Part shown: positions 47,618 through 58,386 of the stretch, piece by piece
How the letters are laid out: every line of letters begins with the position of its first letter
Position numbering within the stretch: position 1 is the first letter of the stretch
Assembly (NCBI GenBank): GCA_964371305.1
Contig: CAYJLA010000003.1
Span: forward strand, 2,578 to 66,577
Direction of reading: 5' to 3'
DNA: 64,000 nt
Source of the DNA: an uncultured Staphylococcaceae bacterium
GTDB taxonomy: Bacteria > Bacillota_I > Bacilli_A > RFN20 > CAG-826
Translations under genes and position numbers: made by a program
Notes under the pieces: generated by a model
Database searches by the model: none
What the model saw: only the letters and a program-made list of their open reading frames with translations
What the model was told of the DNA's origin: nothing

Positions 47618-47903
47618 ATCAAATTTTTTAATCGTTAAGTTTAATAATTCGCTTTTAAATGATGGTCACATGTTTAGACTTATATTTAATTAATTCAAGC
47701 ACGGGATTAAAACCTATTGCTCGGTTTTTGTTGGTTATATTTTTCATCTATTTTATTATAGCAAAAATATTATTAGTTTATTTAACTTATTACTACGTAG
47801 TAAATTTATATTAGTTTTTTTACTTAAGTAATGTAGCTATGAAATCGCACAATGATTGTTATAATATAAAAATACTTATATAATATTAAAAAAGGAGTGG
47901 ACT

Positions 47904-48062
47904 ATGGAAAAATATGTTTGTAGTGTTTGTGGATATATTCACGATGAAGAAAAAGGCGCAAGAGATCAAGGTATTGAACCAGGAACAAAATGGGAAGATA
48001 TTGATGAAGGATTTACTTGTCCATTATGTGGCGTAGGCAAAGATTTATTCAATAAATTATAA
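47904..48062 (+). CDS. rd: rubredoxin
   Basis: 52-aa ORF MEKYVCSVCGYIHDEEKGARDQGIEPGTKWEDIDEGFTCPLCGVGKDLFNKL with CxxCG...CPxCG. RBS AAAGGAG. It is absent from the ORF track (under 60 aa). Confidence 0.85.
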   Translation: MEKYVCSVCGYIHDEEKGARDQGIEPGTKWEDIDEGFTCPLCGVGKDLFNKL

Positions 48063-48111
48063 GAATTGATCGTTTAATTAATTTTGAAGTAATATTTTTA
48101 GTATGTATATA

Positions 48112-48139
48112 AAAGAAGTGACTATCACTTCTTTTTTAC
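48112..48139 (+). terminator. rho-independent terminator after rubredoxin
   Basis: Hairpin AGAAGTGA-ctatc-TCACTTCT followed by TTTTT. Confidence 0.65.
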
Positions 48140-48212
48140 TACATTATCACATATTCCTGCAGAGCGGCCAAACCCTGTGGTTTTACAATAATGATCAACT
48201 AAAATTTAAAAA

Positions 48213-48241
48213 GAAAAAAGCCAGGTGTTTCCTGGCTTTTT
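48213..48241. terminator. bidirectional terminator (A-run, GCCAGG hairpin, T-run) at the 3' end of pepF
   Basis: AAAAAAGCCAGG-tgttt-CCTGGCTTTTT. Confidence 0.65.
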
Positions 48242-48242
48242 G

Positions 48243-49925
48243 TTAATACTTCAAACTTTTTAGTATTTTTAGTAGTGGTTTTACGTTTTTAGAAACTGTA
48301 CCTTCTTCAAATGGCGATTTTATCTTGCATCTTTTTAGTAATTCTTTGAAAGGGTATTTTCCACCTAGTGCACATAACTTATTATATTTTTTCCAAGCCT
48401 TATTATGATCTTTTAAATCTTCATTTAGAAATTGGAAAGCGACAACTTGTGCAATTGTATAGTCTATATAATAAAATGGTGTAGAGAAAACGTGTCCTTG
48501 TAACATCCATCTTCCACCTTGTTCTAAAAACTCACATCCAAGATTTGACTTTGCAGGCAAATACTTTTTCTCTATTTCTCGCCAAGCTGCCTTTCTTTCC
48601 TCATGAGTTGCAGTAGGGTTTTCATAAACAAAATGTTGAAATTCATCTACAGTTACTCCATATGGTAAGAAACTTAAAGCACCAATTAGATGAGAGTGTT
48701 TATATTTTACATCATTTTCAAAAAACTTATTCATCCATGGCCATGCAAAGAATTCCATTGACATTGAATGCATTTCACATACTTCTAAACCTGGAGACAA
48801 ATATTCTGGGATCCAAATTTTTCTTGCTGCAAATGTTTGATAAGCGTGTCCAAATTCATGAGTTAAGACATCGACATCATCACTAACGCCATTAAAGTTT
48901 GCAAAAATAAATGGTTGCTTATATTTAAATAAATAAGTCATATAGCCTCCGCTTTGCTTACCGTGTCTTGAATCTAAATCCATTAAGTTATTATCAACTA
49001 AGTAATTAAAGAAAACATCTGTATCTTCACTAAGTTCATGATACATTTCTCTTGCAGCGTTGACTAAAACATCTTTATCTCCAATTGGTTTAGGGTTGCC
49101 ATCAAGATATTCAATCGCGTTGTCATAAAAATATGGTTTTAAAATATTAATTCTTTTGCGACGTTCTTTTTCCAATTTTACAACAATTGGTACAACAGTA
49201 TCTTCTATTTGTTTTCTATAAACTTTTACATCTTCTTTTGTGTAGTCGGTTCTGCCTAAATTTAAATATCCTAATTCAGTATAGGATTCAAATCCAAGTG
49301 TTTTAGCCATTTTCGTTCTAAGTTGGACTAATTGATCATATATTTTAGCGATTTTTTCTTCTTGGTTAGAAACCCAAGAATATAATTTTTCACCCGCTTC
49401 TTTACGAGTATCTCTATCAACTTCTTTCATAAACTTAGAAATTTGATTCATATTATAAACTTGTCCTCTAAATTCAATTTGTGCGCTAGCAATTATAGAA
49501 TCATACTCATCAACCAATTTAGATTCTTGGATTAAATCAGGAATTATTTTTTCATCAAATCCACGTAATACATTTTCTAATTTCTCAAAGTAGTATGCCC
49601 CAACTTTACTTTCAATATATGGTCTATATTCGCTGTTTTTTAAGAGTTTATTAAATTCAACTGAGATATTTTTAATTACAGGTGATATTTCATTAGCAAG
49701 ATCTGATGCCTTTTTATTTTTCTTATCAAAACAATTTAATGTAAAGTGTATTGATATGACAACAAACTGAGTAGCGATGTCTTTATCTACAGAAATCATC
49801 TTTTTAAAAGCTGTATACGCCTCTTTTTCATTAGTAGCATTTTTAAATTGTTCTACAACCTTAGAAACTTTTGCGGTAAGTTTCTTTTCATTAGGTAGTA
49901 CTAATTTTATTTTATTAAAGTCCAT
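48243..49925 (-). CDS. pepF: oligoendopeptidase F (M3B family)
   Basis: HEFGHAYQ zinc motif. 560 aa. Confidence 0.9.
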   Translation of the reverse strand: MDFNKIKLVLPNEKKLTAKVSKVVEQFKNATNEKEAYTAFKKMISVDKDIATQFVVISIHFTLNCFDKKNKKASDLANEISPVIKNISVEFNKLLKNSEYRPYIESKVGAYYFEKLENVLRGFDEKIIPDLIQESKLVDEYDSIIASAQIEFRGQVYNMNQISKFMKEVDRDTRKEAGEKLYSWVSNQEEKIAKIYDQLVQLRTKMAKTLGFESYTELGYLNLGRTDYTKEDVKVYRKQIEDTVVPIVVKLEKERRKRINILKPYFYDNAIEYLDGNPKPIGDKDVLVNAAREMYHELSEDTDVFFNYLVDNNLMDLDSRHGKQSGGYMTYLFKYKQPFIFANFNGVSDDVDVLTHEFGHAYQTFAARKIWIPEYLSPGLEVCEMHSMSMEFFAWPWMNKFFENDVKYKHSHLIGALSFLPYGVTVDEFQHFVYENPTATHEERKAAWREIEKKYLPAKSNLGCEFLEQGGRWMLQGHVFSTPFYYIDYTIAQVVAFQFLNEDLKDHNKAWKKYNKLCALGGKYPFKELLKRCKIKSPFEEGTVSKNVKPLLKILKSLKY

Positions 49926-50030
49926 GTTATTTCTCCTTATAACTTATTAAATTATATAATATATTTTCAAAAAACAAATTGATTTGTATTAATTCTATTC
50001 ATTCGAAGTTAAATATTCTAAAATGTATTT

Positions 50031-50957
50031 ATGTCTGAACAAGTAATTGCAGCAACCGAAGCGAAAGTTGATAAAAAGAACAAACGTATAATTGAACTAG
50101 ATATACTTCGTGGTATTTTGGTTGTATTTATGTTGTTTGATCATTTATTTTATGACTTTGCATATATTTTTACAACTTCATTCAATATTCCAAGAGGTAG
50201 TGCCTTATATGAATTTTTCAGTCAATTCGTTTTATTTAATGAAAGCGAACCACGCATAATAATTAGATTTATAATTGTCTCGCTTTTCTTTTTTACTTGC
50301 GGAATATCAACAGCTTTCTCTCGAAGCAACTTTAAACGTGGTGTTATTGTCTTGGGTGCTGCTGTATTACTAGGTGTTGGGTCGTATGTTTTTAGTGTTC
50401 TAACTGATTCCTATTACACGATATTTTTTGGTGCTGTTGCTTGTCTTGGGTTAAGTATTCTAATATATAGTTTATTTCATTATATAGTTGTACAAAAACT
50501 TAAATTAGATCAAGAATGGAAATTCTTGTCATTGTCATTTGGGATGATATGTTTGGCCATTGGTTGTTTATTTGATGTGTTTAATGTTACAAGACTTCCA
50601 GAATACGTAATTTTAAACTGGGAAACATTTATTGGTGTAATGACTGGTGAATTTACTTATGGAGCCGACTGGATGCCTCTATTTCCTTACTTAGGTTTTT
50701 TATTTATTGGTTCATTTTGTGCACAAGTTTTATACCCAAATAAGCAATCATTAATAAAATTCGAATTAAAATTACCAAGTAGAGATCAAGCACACTATAT
50801 ACCAAATATATGTTGGTATTATCCAGTATTATACATTAAAAAAACGTTTGCCTTTGTCGGCAGACACGCACTATGGTTTTATGTATTACATCAAGTTGTA
50901 TATATCTTAGTTGGTGGTAGCATTTTGTTACTTCTTGGTTATTCAATCGTTTTTTAG
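50031..50957 (+). CDS. DUF1624/HGSNAT-like integral-membrane acyltransferase-family protein
   Basis: N-terminal RIIELDILRGILVVFMLFDHLF motif plus about 8 TM helices. Confidence 0.45.
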   Translation: MSEQVIAATEAKVDKKNKRIIELDILRGILVVFMLFDHLFYDFAYIFTTSFNIPRGSALYEFFSQFVLFNESEPRIIIRFIIVSLFFFTCGISTAFSRSNFKRGVIVLGAAVLLGVGSYVFSVLTDSYYTIFFGAVACLGLSILIYSLFHYIVVQKLKLDQEWKFLSLSFGMICLAIGCLFDVFNVTRLPEYVILNWETFIGVMTGEFTYGADWMPLFPYLGFLFIGSFCAQVLYPNKQSLIKFELKLPSRDQAHYIPNICWYYPVLYIKKTFAFVGRHALWFYVLHQVVYILVGGSILLLLGYSIVF

Positions 50958-51133
50958 GTATCTAATAATAAATTATTGTTTATTTTTAATAAACGCCTGT
51001 TACGTTCAAAATTTATACTTTAATTAAAAATGTTCACAATATTAGAATTTATGCACAATATTTAAGGAATTTATTTTATAAAAACATTAATTTATTGTAA
51101 TTATTGTATAATTATAGGTAATATATAATAGTT

Positions 51134-52753
51134 ATGATTAACTTTAATAAGAACCAAACTGTCTACCAAGCGCTTGCAGTTACGGCGAATACATATCCTG
51201 AAAAGGCAGCATTCATATACCGAAATAAAACATTTACATACAATTTTCTTATATCTAGAGTACACCAATATGCATTTGAACTAAATAGACTTGGTTTTAA
51301 AAAAGATGATGTAATTACAGTTGCGCTCCCAAATATACCTCAAGCAGTATATTTGCTTTATGCAATTAATCAAATTGGTGCTATTGCAAATATTATCCAT
51401 CCTTTAATGGATAGAGTACAATTAGAAGAAATATTAATAAATGTAAAAAGCAAAATCTTATTTGTACTTGATACAATTTATAACAAATTTAGTTCCTTGA
51501 ATAAAAGTGGAATTAGAGTAGTGTCAGTTTCGCCTGTCCGTGAATGCAGCTTTATAACTAAAATTGGATACTCGTTTTTGATGAGAAAACGTTTAAAAGG
51601 TGCTAGAAGATTAAATAAATCCCAATGCGATTTATCTTATATCAACAACCAAGGATATACTGAAGTTAATGATGAATATTTAAAAGATTCTTTTTATTTA
51701 CATAGTGGCGGGACAACCGGAAGAAGCAAAACAATTGCGTTGTCTTCATTTGCACTTAATGCGTTAAATAGTAATTCTCCAAAAATATTAGATATAAATA
51801 AAGTAGAGTGCACTCATATGCTAGCAGTTCTACCTATGTTCCATGGTTTTGGATTATGCATGGGAATTCACGCTATGTTTTGTTTTGGCGGAATAAATAC
51901 ATTAATGCCTAAGTTTTCTGCTAAAGAGTGTGTAGATTTCATTAAAAAAGGTCAATTAAATGTAATTATAGGTGTGCCAACTTTGTTTGAAGCGTTGCTT
52001 AAAAACAAGCAGTTCACCGGGAAGAAATTAGAAAAGTTAGATGTTTCTTTTGTTGGTGGAGATTTTGTTTCTCAAGATTTAGTAAATAGATTTAATAAAA
52101 GAATGATTGAGAACGGATCTAAATGTAGGTTGTTTCCAGGATATGGTTTAACAGAAAGCGTATGTGTATTATCCGTAAACACTCATTTTAATCATAAAAC
52201 GGGTACTGTTGGTAAATTACTTGATAATGTAAATGCAAAAACATGTGATATGGATACGGGGAAAGATCTTGCTCCTGGCGTACCTGGAGAAATATATATA
52301 AGCGGTGAAACACTTATGAATGGATATCGCTTTGATGATGAAGATGCAAATAAACTAGTTTTTTCTACTGATGAAAATGGAGTAAAGTGGCTAAGAACGG
52401 GAGATTATGGTTTTATAGATGAAGAAAGATTTGTATTCTTTACTCAAAGACTAAAAAGAATTGTAAAAGTAAATGGTATTAACATATTTCCAAGCGACAT
52501 TGAAAATGTAGTCACATCTTTAAGTAGCGTTAATGAGGCGGCTGCAATTGGTGTTAAAGACGAACGATTTGGAAGTGTTATAAAATTATTTGTTGTATTA
52601 AATGAAGATTATGATGGTGTTGTACCTACAAATGAAATAAAGAAGATTATTAGAGAAAAATGCAGTGTTTATGCTGTACCTAAAGAAGTAGTATATATTA
52701 AAGAATTCAAAAAAACTTTAATTGGTAAAATAGACGTTAAGACGTTAAGTTAA
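51134..52753 (+). CDS. AMP-dependent synthetase/ligase (acyl-CoA/acyl-carrier ligase-like), paralog 1
   Basis: LHSGGTTGRSKTIALS adenylation motif, YGLTES, GEICISG-like, TGDYG and the C-terminal PKTLIGKID lysine motif. Confidence 0.8.
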   Translation: MINFNKNQTVYQALAVTANTYPEKAAFIYRNKTFTYNFLISRVHQYAFELNRLGFKKDDVITVALPNIPQAVYLLYAINQIGAIANIIHPLMDRVQLEEILINVKSKILFVLDTIYNKFSSLNKSGIRVVSVSPVRECSFITKIGYSFLMRKRLKGARRLNKSQCDLSYINNQGYTEVNDEYLKDSFYLHSGGTTGRSKTIALSSFALNALNSNSPKILDINKVECTHMLAVLPMFHGFGLCMGIHAMFCFGGINTLMPKFSAKECVDFIKKGQLNVIIGVPTLFEALLKNKQFTGKKLEKLDVSFVGGDFVSQDLVNRFNKRMIENGSKCRLFPGYGLTESVCVLSVNTHFNHKTGTVGKLLDNVNAKTCDMDTGKDLAPGVPGEIYISGETLMNGYRFDDEDANKLVFSTDENGVKWLRTGDYGFIDEERFVFFTQRLKRIVKVNGINIFPSDIENVVTSLSSVNEAAAIGVKDERFGSVIKLFVVLNEDYDGVVPTNEIKKIIREKCSVYAVPKEVVYIKEFKKTLIGKIDVKTLS

Positions 52754-52774
52754 GTTTTGAAAGGTATTAAAACT

Positions 52775-54394
52775 ATGGAAAACATTATAAAAGAGCAAAG
52801 CATTTATAAAGCACTTGCAACAAGTGCTAAAAAATTTCCAGGAAGGGTGGCTCTAGTATATCAAAAGAAAAAGTTTTACTATGCTGATGTTTTAGATAAA
52901 GTTAATGAATATGCTTATACTCTATCAAATTTAGGGTATAAAACTAATGATGTGATAACAGTTTCTTTACCAAACATACCTCAAGCAGTGTATTTGCTTT
53001 ATGCAATTAATCAAATAGGTGCTATAGCAAATTTAGTGCATCCATTAATGGAAAGAGAACAACTTGAAGAAATAATGGATACTGTAGGGAGTTCTATATT
53101 GTTTACTCTTGATATAAATTATAGTAAGTTCGCAAGCTTAGAAAATAAGAAATACTCTGTGATTAGTGTTTCCCCAGTAACTGAGCTTAATCCAATTCTT
53201 AAATTAGGGTATAAACATATTAATAAAAATAAACTTATTAGTGTTAAAGAGTTAAGTGTTAATAAAACAGATGTAAGTTTTGCTAATAATGAAGGTTTAT
53301 TTGAATATAATAATGAATTTAAAAAGGATTCCTTTTATCTACATAGTGGTGGTACAACTGGAAAAAGTAAAACAATTGCATTGTCTTCATATGCCTTAAA
53401 TGCACTTGTGTATAATGCCCCAATTTTAGTTGATACAACAACTACAAATAATAAACATATGTTAGCGGTTTTGCCAATGTTTCATGGTTTTGGATTATGC
53501 ATGGGTATTCACGCTATGCTTTCTTGCGGAGGATGCAACACCTTAATGCCTAAATTTTCTTCTGATGAATGTGTAAAATATGTTAAAAAGAATCAATTAG
53601 CTATAATAATAGGTGTTCCAACTTTATATGAAGCATTATTAAAGAATCCAGGTTTTTATGGACCTAAACTCAAAAACTTAGAAGTTGCATTTGTTGGTGG
53701 AGATTTTGTAAGTGATGACTTAGTAAATAGATTTAATGATCGTATGAAAGAAGCAGGAAGTCGATGTCGTATGTATCAAGGATATGGGTTAACTGAAACT
53801 GTTACTGTTTTATCCGTTAACACTCATTTTGAACATAAAGACGGAACTGTTGGAAAGGTATTGCCAAATGTTAAAGTTAAAACATGCGATATAGAAACGC
53901 ATGATGATTTACCACTTGGTGAACCAGGCGAATTATTTATTAGTGGTGAAACTTTAATGAATGGTTATAGGTTCGAAAATGAATCCGCTAATGACAAAGT
54001 ATTTTTTGTTGATGATAAAGGTGTTAAATGGGTAAAAACTGGTGACTATGGAAGGGTAGATGAAGACAATCATATTATTTTTATGCAAAGACTTAAAAGA
54101 ATAATAAAGGTAAATGGAATTAATATTTTTCCATCAGAAGTTGAAAACTTAGTTTGTTCACTTCCTTTTGTAATTGAGTCTGCGGCAATTAGTGTTGATG
54201 ATGAAAAGTTTGGTAATATGATTAAATTGTTTATTACCGTTAAGAAAGACTTAGTTAACAAGAATTATATAGATGAAATTAATAGCATTATTAAAAAACA
54301 ATTGTCTGTTTATGCTGTACCTAAAGAAATTGTTATATTAGAAGAATTTCCTAAAACTTTAGTTGGAAAAATTGATACAAAAGTGTTACAATAA
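52775..54394 (+). CDS. AMP-dependent synthetase/ligase, paralog 2 (tandem duplicate)
   Basis: Same motif set as the upstream paralog (LHSGGTTGKSKTIALS ... PKTLVGKID). Start refined to MENIIKEQ with RBS GAAAGG. The ORF-track start is 52757. Confidence 0.75.
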   Translation: MENIIKEQSIYKALATSAKKFPGRVALVYQKKKFYYADVLDKVNEYAYTLSNLGYKTNDVITVSLPNIPQAVYLLYAINQIGAIANLVHPLMEREQLEEIMDTVGSSILFTLDINYSKFASLENKKYSVISVSPVTELNPILKLGYKHINKNKLISVKELSVNKTDVSFANNEGLFEYNNEFKKDSFYLHSGGTTGKSKTIALSSYALNALVYNAPILVDTTTTNNKHMLAVLPMFHGFGLCMGIHAMLSCGGCNTLMPKFSSDECVKYVKKNQLAIIIGVPTLYEALLKNPGFYGPKLKNLEVAFVGGDFVSDDLVNRFNDRMKEAGSRCRMYQGYGLTETVTVLSVNTHFEHKDGTVGKVLPNVKVKTCDIETHDDLPLGEPGELFISGETLMNGYRFENESANDKVFFVDDKGVKWVKTGDYGRVDEDNHIIFMQRLKRIIKVNGINIFPSEVENLVCSLPFVIESAAISVDDEKFGNMIKLFITVKKDLVNKNYIDEINSIIKKQLSVYAVPKEIVILEEFPKTLVGKIDTKVLQ

Positions 54395-54522
54395 ATTACA
54401 TATAAATTAATCAACATGTTTGCTATGATTAATTTAAATATTTTTTAAAAACTCTGCAAAAATGCCATTTTTATGCGGTAATTGTTAGGTTTTTATGTAA
54501 GAAATATGCAAAAGGAGAGACT

Positions 54523-54768
54523 ATGAAAGAAATTAAAATCAACTATGTTACAACAAAAAGTCCTGGGGTGGATCATCATCATTTTGCAGTTGTTGGATAT
54601 GAATTCAAAAACATAAACTGCGATAATGAATATGCTTTTTTTAATGCATTGGAATCAAAATTAAGTAATCTTTCAGGAAAGTTTAAAAAGATAGAAGAAA
54701 CAATTGACTACTTTAAGAAACTTGCAAAAAGAGATTATTCCATTTGTCTCAACTTCAATAGTATTTAA
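54523..54768 (+). CDS. hypothetical small protein (81 aa)
   Basis: Clean ORF with the RBS AAAGGAGAG. No recognisable motif. Confidence 0.4.
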   Translation: MKEIKINYVTTKSPGVDHHHFAVVGYEFKNINCDNEYAFFNALESKLSNLSGKFKKIEETIDYFKKLAKRDYSICLNFNSI

Positions 54769-54889
54769 AATCAACGAACATTAATATGGATGCAATTTTT
54801 TTTGCATCTTTTTTTATGAATGTTCAAAATATATTACAATTATGTGATATTTCAATTATTTTATGTTAAAATAAGAATGAGGGTAAAAT

Positions 54890-55594
54890 ATGGCACAAGT
54901 CAGTTTAAAAAATGTTTCAAAAATTTATAATAAGGGTTTACAAAATGAAGTTCAAGCCTTAAAAAATATTTCTCTTGATATAGAAGAAGGTGAATTTGTA
55001 GTTATTTTAGGTATGTCAGGTGCAGGAAAATCAACATTATTGAACATACTTGGAGGAATGGATTCTCTTACTAGTGGAACTTTTATTGTGCACGATAGAG
55101 TAATATCAGACTTAAAGGAAAATGAGCTATCAAAATATAGGAAAGATGATGTTGGATTTGTATTTCAATTTTATAATCTTATGCCGAATTTGACAGCTTA
55201 TGAAAACGTTATGCTTGCAGAGTCTATTTCCCCAAAACCATTAGACTCAAGGGAAATGCTTGAAGCTGTAGGATTATCTGGGAGAGAAAACAATTTTCCT
55301 TCTCAATTATCTGGTGGGGAACAACAAAGAGTATCTATTGCAAGGGCCGCAGTAAAAAATCCAACGCTATTACTATGTGATGAACCAACTGGAGCGCTAG
55401 ACTCTAAAACTGGAGCAAGTGTTTTAAAACTACTACTAAGATTAAATAAACAATTTAAGAAAACCGTACTTATAGTTACGCATAATGCAAAAATTGCAAA
55501 AATTGCAAAGCGCGTTATTCGTGTACAAGATGGTGAAGTTGTAGAAGATTTTAAAAATGAAAAGGTAACTAATGTTGAAAATATAGTATGGTAA
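54890..55594 (+). CDS. ABC transporter ATP-binding protein (MacB/LolD/FtsE-type)
   Basis: Walker A GMSGAGKST, signature LSGGEQQR and Walker B LLLCDEPT. Confidence 0.9.
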   Translation: MAQVSLKNVSKIYNKGLQNEVQALKNISLDIEEGEFVVILGMSGAGKSTLLNILGGMDSLTSGTFIVHDRVISDLKENELSKYRKDDVGFVFQFYNLMPNLTAYENVMLAESISPKPLDSREMLEAVGLSGRENNFPSQLSGGEQQRVSIARAAVKNPTLLLCDEPTGALDSKTGASVLKLLLRLNKQFKKTVLIVTHNAKIAKIAKRVIRVQDGEVVEDFKNEKVTNVENIVW

Positions 55595-58374
55595 AAAGCA
55601 TGTCTTTATCTAAAATACTCAATAGAAAGATTAGAAGAAATCTGCTTTCTAATTTAACGCAATATATTGCTGTTATTCTTATTACCGGTATTGCTATGAC
55701 ATTGCTTCTAGGGTTACAAGCCAGCGCTGAAGCTTTTGAAAATCGTGTGAACCAACTTTATAAAGAAGGTAACATGGCTGATATTTGGACTACCACTAGT
55801 GTATATGATTCAACTGATAAAGATGAAATCGAAAAAATACTTGGAGAAGAAAGCGTAACCGAAGAAAGATTATCTGTTGGAGCAAGATTAAATGGTGGAG
55901 CAGCCAATGCACTTATATATAAAGAAATGCCAACTATATCCAAACCTGTTGAAAGCGAATTATTGCAACAGAAGGATTTTTTTATCGTAGATGATTCGAT
56001 CTATCAATCAGGAGTTGCAAGTTTGCCAGAAAAATGGGTCGATCCTAGTGGTGGGTTACCATCTGTCGATGTTGATATTTCTATGACTGCTGTTAACTAT
56101 GTATTTGATGACATTGACAAACAACTTCAAGATTTAAACAATTCAAATGAGTCAAGTAATGTTGATTTTTTATTGAATTTCATAATGGAAAATCCGCAAT
56201 GGGTTTTTGATAATTTTCCTGAAATAACTAATATATCAGAGTTAATAGAAGTATTAGATCCTACCACATTGCCTAATGAAGATGAAATTAATGAATTAAT
56301 GAATCAAGGTCATGTAAAGTTTTTTGATTCAATTGTTGCTGAAGAAACAGCAGATTATAAACCGTCAAATGTATTTAATCAACCGTACTTATCATTAGAT
56401 TTCAAAATCACCGGAACAATGTTATTTCCTGAAAATGTTCAAAGAAGCGCTACAGCATCTCCTAATTTTTTATTAAGTAATTCATTGTTTATGAACGGTA
56501 TAGATACACTTTTTGACCAAAACTTTAATGTTTCATCTTCTAATGATGACTTAATCAATGTTTCTGATTTACTTAATGTTTACATCTATGACTTGTATAT
56601 TTCAGGAATTAAAGAATATGCATTTAACACCAACCAATACACATCTAAAGTTCCTTCAAGTGATAGTTTAACTCATAAAAAATTAAGGACAGACATTGAT
56701 AATTACTTCGCCAATAAAGAAACAAATAATTTATTATTGTGTGTTGACATTGAAAACTTTCCAAGTAATTTAGTTGTTCAAAGTGATATAACACAATCTA
56801 AACAATTTACTATTATTTTTCCATCAATATTCTTTCTTGTTGCTATTCTTGTTGTTTTAACAACTACGAGTCAAATTATTTTAAAAGAGCGAAGTCAAAT
56901 TGGCACTATGAAGGCTCTAGGTATAAGTAAAGGAGCGATTATTCGTCATTATTTAACACTTACATTGCTTGTTGTTGCTATTGGTTGTGTTCTTGGAATG
57001 ATACTGGGACCATTTATATTACCCTCTTTATTAAACATAAAATATAGTTTGCTATATGTTATTCCTGCAAACTCATATGTATTCCCATTCACTTATGCAA
57101 TTATATCGCTTGCAATACTTGGTACACTTGTATCTTTAGTAACGTATTTAATCGTAAGAAAAGAAGCTGCTGCACGTCCTGTAGTTTCAATGAGAGCAAA
57201 AGAAAGAAAGTCTCTTAAAGTTGCTGATCACCATAAAAAACCTTCAAAAAAACTATCTTTTAAAATGGCAATCAGGAATATAAGACTTTCGATTGCTAGA
57301 AGCGCAATGGTCGTAGTGGGCGTTATTGGGTGTACTGCTTTATTAGTTTGTGGATTTGGAATTAATGACACCATATATTATGGGATTGATTTAGAATTCT
57401 CAACTGTATTAAATAGTGATGCAGTAGCAACATATTCAATACCGAGTGGCGAGTCAAGAAAAAGTGAACTAGAAGCAATCGAAGGTATCGCCTATGTTGA
57501 GGAATATGCAACGCTTCCAACAACTATTTCAGGTGATAAGTTCATGTCAACATTTGTTTACTGTTTGCCTGAGAATTATACAATATTTAATACTGAAGGA
57601 AAATATAACATAACAGATGATGTCTTGATTACAACTAAAGTTGCAAGAGAAAGTGATTTAGGTATTGGCGATACAATTTCCTTCACTGTCTTAGGTAAAA
57701 ATTATACTGGGAAGATAGGTTATGTGATGGAGTCTTTTTATTCGCAAGGAATTTTTCTTAACACAGGATATGGAGAATACACAAATTTAAGTGGTTTAAA
57801 AACACGAGCCTGGGTTAATTTCGATAAAGATGCAAATGTCGATGAAGTTATTAGTTCGGTTATAGGCGAAACAAACAGTGAAGGTGAAATTACAAAGAAT
57901 GGAATTGAAGGAGTTACTGTATTTGAAACTAAAGAAGAATCCGTTAAAGAAATACAACATATTATGTCATCGGTTTCCACAATGACGTCAGCTGTGTTAA
58001 TTTTTGCAATTTTACTAGCGATAGTGGTTTTATATAATTTAGCATTATTAAATTTTAACGAAAGATATCGTGATATAGCGACATTAAAAGTGCTAGGATT
58101 CTCTCATTTTCAAATCGGACTAAGTTTGTTTTATGAAATTATGATATTAACAACTCTAGGAATAGGTATTGGATTATTGTTTGGCTTACCTATGGAAATT
58201 CTTGTATTAAGTGTAAATCAAACTGCATTGCTAGAGTTTATATATTATGTGTCAATAAATAGTTATATTTATAGTTTTTTAATTACCATTTTAACTGCAA
58301 TTGGAGTAAACTTATTCTTAGGTAGGTTAACTAAAGAAGTTAAAATGGTTGAATCACTAAAATCAGTAGAATAA
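55588..58374 (+). CDS. FtsX-family ABC transporter permease with very large extracytoplasmic domains (928 aa)
   Basis: Two FtsX-like 4-TM modules separated by long extracellular loops. Confidence 0.75.
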   Translation: MVKSMSLSKILNRKIRRNLLSNLTQYIAVILITGIAMTLLLGLQASAEAFENRVNQLYKEGNMADIWTTTSVYDSTDKDEIEKILGEESVTEERLSVGARLNGGAANALIYKEMPTISKPVESELLQQKDFFIVDDSIYQSGVASLPEKWVDPSGGLPSVDVDISMTAVNYVFDDIDKQLQDLNNSNESSNVDFLLNFIMENPQWVFDNFPEITNISELIEVLDPTTLPNEDEINELMNQGHVKFFDSIVAEETADYKPSNVFNQPYLSLDFKITGTMLFPENVQRSATASPNFLLSNSLFMNGIDTLFDQNFNVSSSNDDLINVSDLLNVYIYDLYISGIKEYAFNTNQYTSKVPSSDSLTHKKLRTDIDNYFANKETNNLLLCVDIENFPSNLVVQSDITQSKQFTIIFPSIFFLVAILVVLTTTSQIILKERSQIGTMKALGISKGAIIRHYLTLTLLVVAIGCVLGMILGPFILPSLLNIKYSLLYVIPANSYVFPFTYAIISLAILGTLVSLVTYLIVRKEAAARPVVSMRAKERKSLKVADHHKKPSKKLSFKMAIRNIRLSIARSAMVVVGVIGCTALLVCGFGINDTIYYGIDLEFSTVLNSDAVATYSIPSGESRKSELEAIEGIAYVEEYATLPTTISGDKFMSTFVYCLPENYTIFNTEGKYNITDDVLITTKVARESDLGIGDTISFTVLGKNYTGKIGYVMESFYSQGIFLNTGYGEYTNLSGLKTRAWVNFDKDANVDEVISSVIGETNSEGEITKNGIEGVTVFETKEESVKEIQHIMSSVSTMTSAVLIFAILLAIVVLYNLALLNFNERYRDIATLKVLGFSHFQIGLSLFYEIMILTTLGIGIGLLFGLPMEILVLSVNQTALLEFIYYVSINSYIYSFLITILTAIGVNLFLGRLTKEVKMVESLKSVE

Positions 58375-58386
58375 AAGGAGAAATAC

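Noticed and set aside
47615-47660. Upstream of the TTG start of the SPOUT-like gene there is an in-frame ATG-TGA-CCA. This would give a proper ATG start if TGA encoded Trp (genetic code 4), raising the possibility of a Mycoplasma-type code.
   Set aside because: Every long gene in the window (948, 1151, 928 and 883 aa) is uninterrupted under the standard code with Trp at TGG. The genomic tRNA-Trp carries anticodon CCA. Code 4 would require frequent internal TGA. This is a coincidence, and TTG is the start.
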